This document shows positions 39,565-48,414 of a stretch of DNA of 64,000 bases, one piece after another (the first letter of the stretch is position 1; each line of letters begins with the position of its first letter). The stretch covers positions 206,033 through 270,032 of the forward strand of contig CAWCDC010000010.1 in NCBI GenBank assembly GCA_963794255.1. The letters are read 5' to 3'. Below the pieces are notes generated by a model that worked only from the letters and a program-made list of their open reading frames with translations, was not told the origin of the DNA and ran no database searches. The position numbers and the translations under genes were made by a program. The stretch is from an uncultured Actinomycetes bacterium (GTDB lineage Bacteria; Actinomycetota; Thermoleophilia; Gaiellales; Gaiellaceae).

Positions 39565-42117
39565 CTAGCTCTTCGCGTCGGCCCAGGAGTCGCCCGCGCC
39601 CACGTCGACCGCGAGCGGCGGGTCGAGCGGGTACGCGCGGCACATCTCCTCGCGCACGAGCTCCTTCACGATCGAGGTCTCCGCATCGGGCGTCTCGAGC
39701 AGCAGCTCGTCGTGCACCTGGAGGACGAGCCGCGCGCTTCTCCCCTCCGCTCGCAGCCGCCGCTCGATCGCGACCATCGCCACCTTGATGATGTCCGCGT
39801 TCGAGCCCTGCATCACGAAGTTGACGGCCACGCGCTCGCCGAACCCGCGCGTCGCGCGGTTCCGCACCCGTAGTTCCGGCACCGGGCGCCGCCGGCCGAG
39901 CAGGCTCGTCACGTAACCGTCGCGCTCGGCCTGCTCGATCGTCCGCTGGATGAAGTCCTGCACGAGCGGGAACCGCGCGAGGTACGCGTCGATGTACTCC
40001 TGCGCCTGCTCGCGCGGGATCTCGAGGTTCTCGGAGAGGCCAAAGGCCGAGATTCCGTAGACGATCCCGAAGTTGATCATCTTCGCGATGGAGCGCTCGG
40101 CCGACGTCAGCTTGGCGGGATCGACACCGAGCACCTCGGCGGCCGTCGCGGTGTGGATGTCCTCCCCGCGCTCGAACGCCTCGCGCAGCTTCGGCTCGCC
40201 CGAGACGTGCGCGAGGATCCGCAGCTCGATCTGCGAGTAGTCGGCGGAGATGAGCCGCGCGCCCTGCTCGGCCACGAACGCGGAGCGGATCTCGCGGCCG
40301 AGCTCCGTGCGGATCGGGATCGACTGGAGGTTCGGGTTCGTCGTCGAGAGGCGGCCGGTCGCGGCCACGGTCTGGTTGAAGGTCGTATGCAGGCGCCCGT
40401 CCTCCCCGATCAGGGACGGGAGCGGACGGAGGTAGGTGTTGAGGAGCTTCGACAGCTCGCGCCATTCCTCGATCACGGCCACGATCTCGTGCTCGGCGCG
40501 GATCGAGCGCAGCACCTTCGTGTCGGTCGAGTAGCCGGTCTTGCCCTTGCGGCCCGGCGTCAGCTCGAGCTTCTCGAACAGGATGCGCCCGAGCTGCTGC
40601 GGCGAGCCGAGGACGAACTCCTCGCCCGCGAGCTCGTACGCGAGCGCCTCGAGCTCCTCCACCCGATCGGCGAGGCGAGCGGTGATCTCGCCCATCCGGT
40701 ACGTGTCGATGCGGACTCCGGCCTTCTCCATCCGGCCGAGCACCCCGACGAGCGGCATCTCGACGTCGCGGTAGAGCGGTTCGGCTCCGCGCTCGCGCAC
40801 CCGGTCGAGCAGCGGGTCGCGCAGGCGCAGCGTGACGGCGGCGTGCCGGACGAGACGGGCGGTCTCCTCCTCGGCCTCCGGCTCGGCGACGGCCTCGACG
40901 GCGTACTCGGCCGCGAGGTCGTCGAGGAGATACTCGCTGCGCGCCGGGTCGATCAGGTAGGCGAGGATCATCGTGTCGTCAGCCGCCTCGACGCGCAGCG
41001 CTTTCGAGTCGTGCGCGACGAACGTCCCCTCGAGCCGCTCCGGCCGCGGCGCGACGACGACCTCGTCGCCGTTGGCGACTGCAATGCGCCCCTCGTCTGC
41101 GGCAACTCCGCCCACGTTCGGCGGCTCCCCTTCGCGCCAGGCGACGGCCGTGCCGGCCGAGATGCGCTCGCGCGCAGGCACCGCCTCGTCGAGCTCGTCG
41201 ACACGCGCGAGCAGCGCCCGGAACTCGAACTGCCGGAACGTCTCGCGCAGCTGCGCACGGTCGGGCGGCGCGAGCACGAGCTCGGCCGGGTCGGCGTCGA
41301 GGTCGAGGTCTCGCCGCATCGTGGCGAGCACCTTCGCCGCGCGCGCCTGGTCGGCGAACTCCGTCAGGTTCTTCTTGCGCGCCGGCGACAGCTCCTCGAC
41401 GTGCTCGAGCACCTCCTCGAGCGAGCCGTACTGCGCGATGAGCTGGCCGGCGGTCTTGTCCCCGATGCCCGGGACGCCGGGAATGTTGTCGGAGGTGTCG
41501 CCCTTGAGCCCGATGAAATCGGGAATCTGCTCGGGTCGGATCCCGTAGCGCGCCTCGACCCGCTCGGGCGTGTAGACATTGACGTCGCTCACGCCGCGCG
41601 GCGTCATCATGAGGCAGACGTTCTCCGAGACGAGCTGGAACGCGTCACGGTCGGTCGAGACGACGCACGTCTTGATCCCGGCTTCGTCCGCGCGCGTCGC
41701 GAGCGTCGCGATCACGTCGTCCGCCTCCCAGCCCTCGAACTCGAGGTTGCGGTAGCCGAACGCCTGCACGATCGGCCGCAGGTGCGGGAACTGCTCGCGC
41801 AGGAGGTCCGGCATCGGCCGGCGGCCCTCCTTGTAGACGACGTCCGCGGCCTCGGCCTGCGCCGCGCGGTGCACCGGCCGTGTGTCCCAGGCGACCGCGA
41901 CGCCCTTCGGCCGGTAGTCGGAGAGGAGCTTGAAGAGCATGTTCGTGAAGCCGAGCAGCGCGTTGGTAGGGAAGCCCTCGCTCGTCGCGAGCTCCTCGGG
42001 CAGCGCGAAGAACGCTCGATAGGCGAGGTTGTTGCCGTCGACGAGGAAGAGCTCCGAGTCGCGCGCGGGCCCGTCGCTGAGGTCGAGCTCGGCTCCCGTG
42101 AGCGTCTTCGGAGACAT
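39565..42117 (-). CDS. polA: DNA polymerase I
   Basis: Intact. MSPKTLTG..LFLVDGNNLAYRAFFAL (5-prime nuclease) .. SADYSQIELRILAH, FGIVYGIS, QVHDELLLE (Pol A motifs A-C). The start was chosen at the ATG at 42117 inside ORF 39565..43701. Confidence 0.97.
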   Translation of the reverse strand: MSPKTLTGAELDLSDGPARDSELFLVDGNNLAYRAFFALPEELATSEGFPTNALLGFTNMLFKLLSDYRPKGVAVAWDTRPVHRAAQAEAADVVYKEGRRPMPDLLREQFPHLRPIVQAFGYRNLEFEGWEADDVIATLATRADEAGIKTCVVSTDRDAFQLVSENVCLMMTPRGVSDVNVYTPERVEARYGIRPEQIPDFIGLKGDTSDNIPGVPGIGDKTAGQLIAQYGSLEEVLEHVEELSPARKKNLTEFADQARAAKVLATMRRDLDLDADPAELVLAPPDRAQLRETFRQFEFRALLARVDELDEAVPARERISAGTAVAWREGEPPNVGGVAADEGRIAVANGDEVVVAPRPERLEGTFVAHDSKALRVEAADDTMILAYLIDPARSEYLLDDLAAEYAVEAVAEPEAEEETARLVRHAAVTLRLRDPLLDRVRERGAEPLYRDVEMPLVGVLGRMEKAGVRIDTYRMGEITARLADRVEELEALAYELAGEEFVLGSPQQLGRILFEKLELTPGRKGKTGYSTDTKVLRSIRAEHEIVAVIEEWRELSKLLNTYLRPLPSLIGEDGRLHTTFNQTVAATGRLSTTNPNLQSIPIRTELGREIRSAFVAEQGARLISADYSQIELRILAHVSGEPKLREAFERGEDIHTATAAEVLGVDPAKLTSAERSIAKMINFGIVYGISAFGLSENLEIPREQAQEYIDAYLARFPLVQDFIQRTIEQAERDGYVTSLLGRRRPVPELRVRNRATRGFGERVAVNFVMQGSNADIIKVAMVAIERRLRAEGRSARLVLQVHDELLLETPDAETSIVKELVREEMCRAYPLDPPLAVDVGAGDSWADAKS

Positions 42118-42137
42118 CGCTCCGAGTCTATTGGGCG

Positions 42138-42927
42138 CTACTTGAGCGTCTTCAGGTACGCGATCAGCTGCGCGATCTGCGCGTCGGACAGGATCCCGCC
42201 CCAGTGCGGCATGCTCACGATCGGCGCCCGTCCGATGACGCTGCCGCTGCGGATCACGGCGGCGATCTTCGCGTCCGTGTTGAACTCCTGGCGGAAGCCC
42301 TGGCCGGAGAGGACGGGGATCGTCTTGTCCGGCGAAAGCGGATTCGGCACGCCGCCGAGGCCGTTCGGCCCGTGGCAGTTGACGCAGCCGTAGCGAACGT
42401 AGAGCGCAGCGCCCGCGACGGCGGCTCCCTGGCCCCGCGGCACGACAACGGGCTGTGTGTCGGGAACGGCGGGCAAGTCCTGCGCGGAGGTAGGAGACGA
42501 GGTTCGCCACCTGCGTCTTCGAGATGACCTCGCCCCAGACCGGCATGTACGGCTGCTTCGGGTTCGCCGACTCGCCAAGGCCGTGGTCGATGATGTGTCT
42601 CAACTGCGCAGCGGTGAGACTCGCGCCAACCGTCTTCAGTGCCGGCACGGCCGGATCAACGCCGCCGCGGCCCTGCATGCCGTGGCAGTCGACGCACCCG
42701 AACTGGACGAACGTGTGCGCGCCGGCAGCGACGGACGGAGAGACCTGCGTCCGCCCGATGATCGCCGTCGTACCCGACCCGGCCGCCTGCGAGGTGACCG
42801 TCTTCGTCCGCTCGCCGTAATGGCCGGCTGCGTACGCGACCGCGCCGATTGCGATCACGAGCGCGATCCCCGCGCCGATCGCAGCAGGCAGGATCCGGAC
42901 CTCCCGCCGGGACCTCTCGTCCGCCAT
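42138..42927 (-). CDS. membrane-anchored diheme c-type cytochrome (one frame break near 42480)
   Basis: MADERSRREVRILPAAIGAGIALVIAIGAVAYA (anchor), FGCVDCHG (heme 1), then ORF 42138..42578 YGCVNCHG (heme 2), each followed by a distal Met region (PYMPVWG, SMPHWGG). Confidence 0.75.
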
Positions 42928-43000
42928 GGCCCCATTCTCTGCCTCCGGTCGCCGTCGGCAATCCGTACTTAACCGCGAACCGCGCTGCTTGAATCCCGCG

Positions 43001-44503
43001 ATGCCACGCGTCCCTCTCCTCTCCGGCAGCCGCCTCGTCGTGGCGTCTGCGCCCGACGACGCTCGCGTGCTGCGGCCGCCGCCACCCGGGCGCGCCACGG
43101 ACGTGGTGGCGGCGACGCTCGAGGCGCTGCGTTTCCCGCTCGACGGACCGCCGCTCGAGACGCTCGCCGCGGGTGCGAAGCGCGCGACGATCGTGGTCGA
43201 GCCGCCGGCTCTGCCGATCGGGAGCGTGCGGGGAAACCAGCGCGCACTGGCAACCGGGGCGGTGATCGACGCGCTCGAGGAGCTCGGCATCCCGACCGCC
43301 AACCAGACGCTGCTCGCGGCCTGCGGACTCGGGCGCCGCGCGAGCCACGCGGAGATCGCAGCACTCGTGACGCCGGAGCTCCGGCGCCGCTTCCACGGCC
43401 GGGTGACGGTGCACGACGCAGCCGACCCCGACCTCGCCGGACTTCCGGCCGACGCGCCGCGGGTCCGGGTCGCCCGTGAGCTGGTCGAGACGGATCTCGT
43501 CGTCTCGGTCACCGCTGCCGAGACCGTCCTGCACGGCGGCCCTTCGACGCTGCTCGCCGCCGCAGACGCCGAGACGCAGCGTCGCGCGACCGCCGAGTCG
43601 CTGCTCGAGACCCGAGGGTCCGAAGGGTGGCGCCTCGCGACGCTCGTCGAACGCTCGCTGGCCGCCCGCGTCCCGCTCTTCGGCGTCTCGCTCGTCCTCA
43701 ACCACCCTGTCTTCGCAGGGCTGCTGCGCGGTTATCCCTACGAGCCGGAGGCGGCCGACCGGATCGCGCGCTCGCGCCTGAGGCTCGCGTTCTCGGCCGC
43801 GCCGGATTCCGTGCGCCGCCGCGTCCTGCGGACGCTGCGGGGAACGAGGACGACGGCTGCGGTGCTCGCCGGCCCTCCGTCGGTCGCGCACGCCGAGGCT
43901 CTGCTCCGGGCGATCGAGCTGCGGAGAGCGACCCTCGACGAGCCGCTCGACGCGCTCGTGATCGGGGTCCCCGGAACCACCCCGTTCCTGCCGCGCGAGA
44001 GGCCGAACCCGCTACTCGCTGCCTACCTCGGGCTCGCGCACGCGCTCGGGCTCTGGCGCGACGGCTTTCCGGTCCGCGACGGCGGGATCGTGATCCTCGT
44101 CCACGGCTTCCGCCGCATCTTCGCCCGGCCGACGCAGCAGCCGTACCACGTCTTCTTCCGCTCGGACCCGATCGCCCGCGACCCGGATCTGCTCGCCGCC
44201 GCGGAAGATGCCGTTGCCGCGGATGCGCGCGCCGTCGAGGAGTACCGCGGCGGCCGCACGGTGCACCCGCTGCTGCCGTTCCGCGACTGGGACGCGTGCC
44301 GGCCCGCGCTCGAGCGGCTCGGCGCCGTCTACGTCGCGGGAGCGCGCGACGCCTCCGCAGTGCGGCAGCTCGGCTTCGTCCCGATCGGCAGCATCGGCGC
44401 CGCTCTCCAGATGGCTCGAGGCCACCGCGGCCCCGACGCGCGCGTCGGCTTTCTCCTCTCGCCGCCGTACTTCCCGCTTCGCGTCGGCTCAGGGGACGCG
44501 TAG
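43001..44503 (+). CDS. LarA-like / DUF2088 (lactate racemase N-terminal domain) family protein
   Basis: Intact ORF, start taken at MPRVPLLSG. The family call rests on overall resemblance from memory (..ATIVVEPP.., ..DLVVSVTAAETVLHGG..). Moderate certainty only. Confidence 0.55.
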   Translation: MPRVPLLSGSRLVVASAPDDARVLRPPPPGRATDVVAATLEALRFPLDGPPLETLAAGAKRATIVVEPPALPIGSVRGNQRALATGAVIDALEELGIPTANQTLLAACGLGRRASHAEIAALVTPELRRRFHGRVTVHDAADPDLAGLPADAPRVRVARELVETDLVVSVTAAETVLHGGPSTLLAAADAETQRRATAESLLETRGSEGWRLATLVERSLAARVPLFGVSLVLNHPVFAGLLRGYPYEPEAADRIARSRLRLAFSAAPDSVRRRVLRTLRGTRTTAAVLAGPPSVAHAEALLRAIELRRATLDEPLDALVIGVPGTTPFLPRERPNPLLAAYLGLAHALGLWRDGFPVRDGGIVILVHGFRRIFARPTQQPYHVFFRSDPIARDPDLLAAAEDAVAADARAVEEYRGGRTVHPLLPFRDWDACRPALERLGAVYVAGARDASAVRQLGFVPIGSIGAALQMARGHRGPDARVGFLLSPPYFPLRVGSGDA

Positions 44504-45043
44504 ACCGAGGACGTCCGCAGCCGCGACGATCTCCTCGTCGGCGACGTCGAGCGCCCGCACCGAGGCGAGCCGCAGCGCAGATCCCGCGCGATCGAACAGC
44601 GTCACGTTCAGCCACTGCGACTCGAAGGTCGACCACCAGCGAACGCCGGCGGCGGCGGGGTGCCGCTCGTAGAGCGCGCGCACCTGCGGTTGCGTCACCT
44701 CGCGCGAACGGGTCGCAACCTTCGACGGCCGCAGCCGTTCGCGCCGCAGCACCGTGGGATCGTCGAGATCGACGAGCTCCGCGTCGTCGGGCAGCTCCAG
44801 CTCGGCGAGCGCGAGCGGGAGGCCGCGCCGCACGAGCAGCGCCGGTTGCAGCCGCTGGCCCCGAAAGCGCGCGAGCTGCTCGACGACGCATGACAGCGGT
44901 CGCTCGGAGAGATACAGGCAGCCGTAGAGGTCGGCGTTGTCGTGGCGCCCGTCGCCCTGGTACGGGCGCGGGAACCAGAGCGCGCCGTCGGGCCGATCGG
45001 GACGGACGCGGGCGTTCCAGGCGAAGCAGCGGTACAGGATCAC
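44489..45043 (-). CDS. RES-domain toxin (MbcT/ParT-like)
   Basis: Intact 184-aa ORF: LYRCF..DGRHDNADLYGCLYLSE..VRWWSTFES. R, E and S signature positions are present. It overlaps the upstream antitoxin by 4 bp. Confidence 0.8.
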   Translation of the reverse strand: MILYRCFAWNARVRPDRPDGALWFPRPYQGDGRHDNADLYGCLYLSERPLSCVVEQLARFRGQRLQPALLVRRGLPLALAELELPDDAELVDLDDPTVLRRERLRPSKVATRSREVTQPQVRALYERHPAAAGVRWWSTFESQWLNVTLFDRAGSALRLASVRALDVADEEIVAAADVLGLRVP

Positions 45044-45372
45044 GCGAACGCGTCGGAGCGCTCGGCCCGGATCGCGCGCATCAGCTCCTCGGTGCGGCCC
45101 GCGCGGATGAGGTCGATCGGCCGCCGGTCGCCCAGCAACGGATTGAGGCCGAACAGCCAGGCGAGAGCGGCCTCCCGTTCGTAGAGACGGAGGAGATTCC
45201 CCCAGACGAGCTCGAGCAAGTCGACCTTCTCGGCGTTCAGCGGATCGATGCCCGAGCCGCGAAGCCAGCGCGTCACCTGGGCGCGGCTGACACCGAGCAT
45301 GTCGGCGAGCCGTGCCGCCGAACCGAAGTCCGCTCGCAGTGCGTCCACCTTCGTTGCGATTGCGACGGCCAT
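45040..45372 (-). CDS. Xre-type antitoxin with DUF2384 C-terminal domain (MbcA/ParS-like)
   Basis: Intact 110-aa ORF: AARLADMLGVSRAQVTRWLRG (HTH) and ..AALAWLFGLNPLLGDRRPIDLI..GRTEELMRAI. Confidence 0.8.
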   Translation of the reverse strand: MAVAIATKVDALRADFGSAARLADMLGVSRAQVTRWLRGSGIDPLNAEKVDLLELVWGNLLRLYEREAALAWLFGLNPLLGDRRPIDLIRAGRTEELMRAIRAERSDAFA

Positions 45373-45384
45373 CCCCGTAGGCTA

Positions 45385-45422
45385 GCGCAACACTTTCTGT
45401 TGCGCAACAAAATGTGTTGCGC
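45385..45422. promoter_or_regulatory. overlapping inverted repeats, candidate operator of the RES/Xre operon
   Basis: GCGCAACACTTTCTGTTGCGCAACAAAATGTGTTGCGC contains GCGCAAC-N7-GTTGCGC and GCGCAACA-N5-TGTTGCGC, which share the 10-bp palindrome GTTGCGCAAC. It lies 13 bp upstream of the antitoxin start. Confidence 0.5.
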
Positions 45423-45450
45423 CGAACGGTCGCGTATCATGCGTCGGCAG

Positions 45451-45534
45451 GCCGAAGTGGCGGAATTGGCAGACGCGCCGGACTCAAAATCCGGTGGCCT
45501 TCGGGCCGTGTGGGTTCGATTCCCACCTTCGGCA
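45451..45534 (+). tRNA. tRNA-Leu, anticodon CAA
   Basis: Hand-folded cloverleaf. Acceptor GCCGAAG/CTTCGGC, anticodon stem CCGGA/TCCGG with loop CTCAAAA, long variable arm TGGCCTTCGGGCCGT, T arm GTGGG-TTCGATT-CCCAC. CCA is not encoded. Confidence 0.95.
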
Positions 45535-45546
45535 CTCGTTCGCGCG

Positions 45547-45915
45547 CTAACTGCTGCGCGAGCGAAGCGCCGCGAACGTGACGACTCCCGCCACGAGTAG
45601 CAACAGCCCAACCCCACCCCAGTAGTACGGGTTGGGCGTGCCGTCGCCGACGAGTCGGTGCTGCCAGCTGTCCCACTGCAGCGCGGCCACAGCCAACAGA
45701 GGCAGGCCGACACCGGAGACGATTCCGAGCACGACCGTGCGCTCGTTCCAGGTGGAAAGCCGTGCCACCACGACGGCGAGGACGACGGCCGGAATCAGCA
45801 GCGGGAGCACGAGACTCACGAACCCGAGAACGAGCGCTGCGCCGACGAGCGCCCATAGCCAGAAGCCCGGCCACCCACCGAGGCGGGACTCCGGCCTCGC
45901 GACGTGGGGCTCCAC
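45547..45915 (-). CDS. hypothetical membrane protein
   Basis: GTG-EPHVARPESRLGGWPGFWLWALVGAALVLGFVSLVLPLLIPAVVLAVVV.., four hydrophobic segments. This is the terminal part of ORF 45547..46284. Confidence 0.5.
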   Translation of the reverse strand: MEPHVARPESRLGGWPGFWLWALVGAALVLGFVSLVLPLLIPAVVLAVVVARLSTWNERTVVLGIVSGVGLPLLAVAALQWDSWQHRLVGDGTPNPYYWGGVGLLLLVAGVVTFAALRSRSS

Positions 45916-45967
45916 GGCCACGACTGAAGTGTACGTCCGCCCCTCCGAACCATCTAGGCTCGGCTGC

Positions 45968-46999
45968 ATGGCGAAAAGCCTCGGCATCCTCACCGGCGGC
46001 GGCGACTGCCCCGGCCTCAACGCGGTCATCCGCGCGGTCGTGCGCCGGGCCGATTCGGCCGGCTGGGACGTGGTCGCGGTGCGCGAGGGCTGGCGCGGGC
46101 TCGTGGAGCCGATCTTCGAGGACCTCGGCCCGTCGCAGGTGTCGGGGATCCTGCCGCGTGGCGGCACCATCATCGGCACGAGCCGCACGAACCCGTTCAA
46201 CGTCGAGGGCGCAGTCGAGCGAGTCGTACAGAACTTCTCCGATCGCGGGCTCGACGCGCTCGTCGCGATCGGCGGCGAGGACACTCTCGGCGTCGCGGCG
46301 CGCCTTCACGACGAGCGTCAGTTCCCGGTCGTCGGCGTCCCGAAGACGATCGACAACGACCTCTCGGGCACCGACTACACGTTCGGTTTCGACACGGCGG
46401 TGTTCATCGCGACCGAGGCGATCGACCGGCTCCACACGACGGCGGAGTCGCACAACCGCGTGATGGTCGTCGAGGTGATGGGCCGCCAGACCGGCTGGAT
46501 CGCCGTGATGAGCGGCATCGCGGGCGGCGCCGACGTGATCCTCGTCCCGGAGGTCCCGGTCGACTTCGACGAGGTGGCGGAGACGATCCGCAAGCGCCAC
46601 GCGCGCGGCAAGAACTTCTCCATCGTCGTCGTCAGCGAGGGCTGCGAACTGCCGGGCCTGGCGGACGCCGGCGAGCAGGATCAGTTCGGGCACGTGATCC
46701 TCTCGAAGCGCGGCGTCGGCGAGGCGCTCGGGCGGGAGATCGAGGAGCGAACCGGCTTCGAGACGCGCGTCACCGTGCTCGGCCACGTGCAGCGCGGCGG
46801 CACGCCGACGCCTCGCGACCGCGTCCTCGCGACCCGATTCGGCCTCAAGGCAGCCGATCTGGCCCTGTCCGGCGAGTTCGGCCAGATGGCGGCCCTGCGG
46901 GGGGACGACGTGGTTGCCGTTCCCCTCGTGGAGGCCACCGCGCAGCTGAAAGTCGTGCCGCGCGAGTGGTACGACGTCGCGCGCGCCTTCTTCGGCTAG
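45968..46999 (+). CDS. pfkA: 6-phosphofructokinase (ATP- or PPi-dependent, not distinguishable here)
   Basis: Intact. MAKSLGILTGGGDCPGLNAVIRAVV..AIGGEDTLG..VGVPKTIDNDL..MGRQTGWIA..LGHVQRGG. Confidence 0.92.
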   Translation: MAKSLGILTGGGDCPGLNAVIRAVVRRADSAGWDVVAVREGWRGLVEPIFEDLGPSQVSGILPRGGTIIGTSRTNPFNVEGAVERVVQNFSDRGLDALVAIGGEDTLGVAARLHDERQFPVVGVPKTIDNDLSGTDYTFGFDTAVFIATEAIDRLHTTAESHNRVMVVEVMGRQTGWIAVMSGIAGGADVILVPEVPVDFDEVAETIRKRHARGKNFSIVVVSEGCELPGLADAGEQDQFGHVILSKRGVGEALGREIEERTGFETRVTVLGHVQRGGTPTPRDRVLATRFGLKAADLALSGEFGQMAALRGDDVVAVPLVEATAQLKVVPREWYDVARAFFG

Positions 47000-47009
47000 A
47001 GCCGGACGA

Positions 47010-47594
47010 TCACACTTCGGGAGGGGCGTCACCGACGAGCGGTGAGAGGTCGACGGCGTGGACGATGACGGCGTCGACACCGGCGCGCTCGAGCTCCTGC
47101 ACCTCGTCCTCGGTCGTGATCGCGAGATCGGCGATCGCAAGCTTCCCGGCAGGCACCGCGGCGAGCAGCTCGAGCACCGACTCGAGACGCTCCTCGGCGT
47201 CCTGCGGTGGCGCGAGCAGGAAGATCTCGGGGTCGAGCACCTCGAGCGCCCGCTCGAGCTCTTCCTCGGTTCCCACTTCCACGGCGCAGTCGAGGCCGAC
47301 CGCAAGCGCGTTCTCGTGCCTGCGCTGGATCGGCTCGTGGTCGTCGTCCTCAGCGGGGAGCGTGAGGGTCACGGCGTCTGCGATCTCCGCAGCGCGGTCG
47401 AGCGTGGCGTCGGTGCGCCAGAGGATCGGCAGGCGCGTCGCGTCGCGTAAGTGCGTCGGGTCGCCGTCGACGACGAGCGCCTCGGCCCGCTGCGCCTCGG
47501 CGGCTCGAGCAGCGTCGGCGTCGGCGACGGCAGCGACGACGGAGATACCGTCGCCCTCGGCGATCGCGTGGCTGAAGCGGCGGCTCTCGTTCAC
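47010..47594 (-). CDS. indole-3-glycerol-phosphate-synthase-like (TrpC-like) TIM-barrel protein
   Basis: Intact 194-aa ORF: RRFSHAIAEGDGISVVA.., ..LPILWRTD.., ..AVEVGTEEELERAL... It is shorter than canonical TrpC. The call is tentative. Confidence 0.45.
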   Translation of the reverse strand: MNESRRFSHAIAEGDGISVVAAVADADAARAAEAQRAEALVVDGDPTHLRDATRLPILWRTDATLDRAAEIADAVTLTLPAEDDDHEPIQRRHENALAVGLDCAVEVGTEEELERALEVLDPEIFLLAPPQDAEERLESVLELLAAVPAGKLAIADLAITTEDEVQELERAGVDAVIVHAVDLSPLVGDAPPEV

Positions 47595-47613
47595 GAGCGC
47601 CGATTCTTCCAGG

Positions 47614-48414
47614 TCACTGCCCCATCGGGTGCCAGACGGTCTTCAACTCGAGGAAGGACGCGATCTCCCACGGGCTTTGGACGTCGGCGCGACCGTGCAC
47701 CACGCGCTTCACGTTGTCGGCGGCGAGACGTTCGAGCTCGGGGCCGTCGCCGTCGGCGCCGCAGAGGTCGATCGCGTTGACGTCCATGTGCGAGGCGAGC
47801 ACCGGGCCGAGCTCCGCGTGACGACCGGTGAGGAGGTTGACGACGCCGGCGGGCACGTCGCTCGTCGCGAGCGCCTCGGCGAGCTCGATCGCGGCGAGGG
47901 GCCGCGTCTCCGACGCGACTGCGACGACGGCGTTCCCACCGACGAGCGGCGGCAGCAGGCGCGTGACGAGGCCGAGCAGCGGCGGTTCGTCGGGCGCGAG
48001 CACGGCGACGACGCCGGTCGGCTCGGGGACGGTGAAGTTGAAGTACGGGCCGGCGACGGGGTTCGATCCGCCGAGCACCTGCGGCAGCTTGTCGGCCCAG
48101 CCGGCGTACCAGACGACGCGGTCGATCGCCTGCTCGACCTCGTCGCGTCCGCTGCACAGCTCGGCGAACTCCGGGACGCGCGCCTCGACCATCTCGGCGA
48201 GCCGGTAGAGGACCTGGCCGCGGTTGTATGCGGTGGCCTTCGCCCAACCCGGCTGCGCGCCGCGCGCAACGCGGACCGCGTCGCGCACGTCCTTGCGCGA
48301 GGCACGGGCGACGTTCTGATCCTCGGCGTCGTAGGTGCGGCCGGACTCGCTGCGCGGGAACGCGCCACCGATGAAGAGCTTGTACGTCTTCTTGACCGGC
48401 AAACGCTCGCTCAT
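47614..48414 (-). CDS. short aldehyde-dehydrogenase-like protein (N-terminal/cofactor half only), translationally coupled to the upstream ALDH
   Basis: MSERLPVKKTYKLFIGGAFPRS..RGQVLYRLAEMVE..VVWYAGWADKL..VVAVLAPDEPPLLG... No catalytic Cys/ELGG region was seen. ATGA overlap at 48411-48414. Confidence 0.6.
   Translation of the reverse strand: MSERLPVKKTYKLFIGGAFPRSESGRTYDAEDQNVARASRKDVRDAVRVARGAQPGWAKATAYNRGQVLYRLAEMVEARVPEFAELCSGRDEVEQAIDRVVWYAGWADKLPQVLGGSNPVAGPYFNFTVPEPTGVVAVLAPDEPPLLGLVTRLLPPLVGGNAVVAVASETRPLAAIELAEALATSDVPAGVVNLLTGRHAELGPVLASHMDVNAIDLCGADGDGPELERLAADNVKRVVHGRADVQSPWEIASFLELKTVWHPMGQ

Noticed and set aside
39565-43701. 1378-aa ORF that would fuse polA to upstream sequence
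   Set aside because: polA has a normal N-terminus at the ATG at 42117. The upstream part of the ORF runs out of frame through the end of the cytochrome c gene and antisense to the LarA-like gene, and it is Arg/Ser-rich nonsense.
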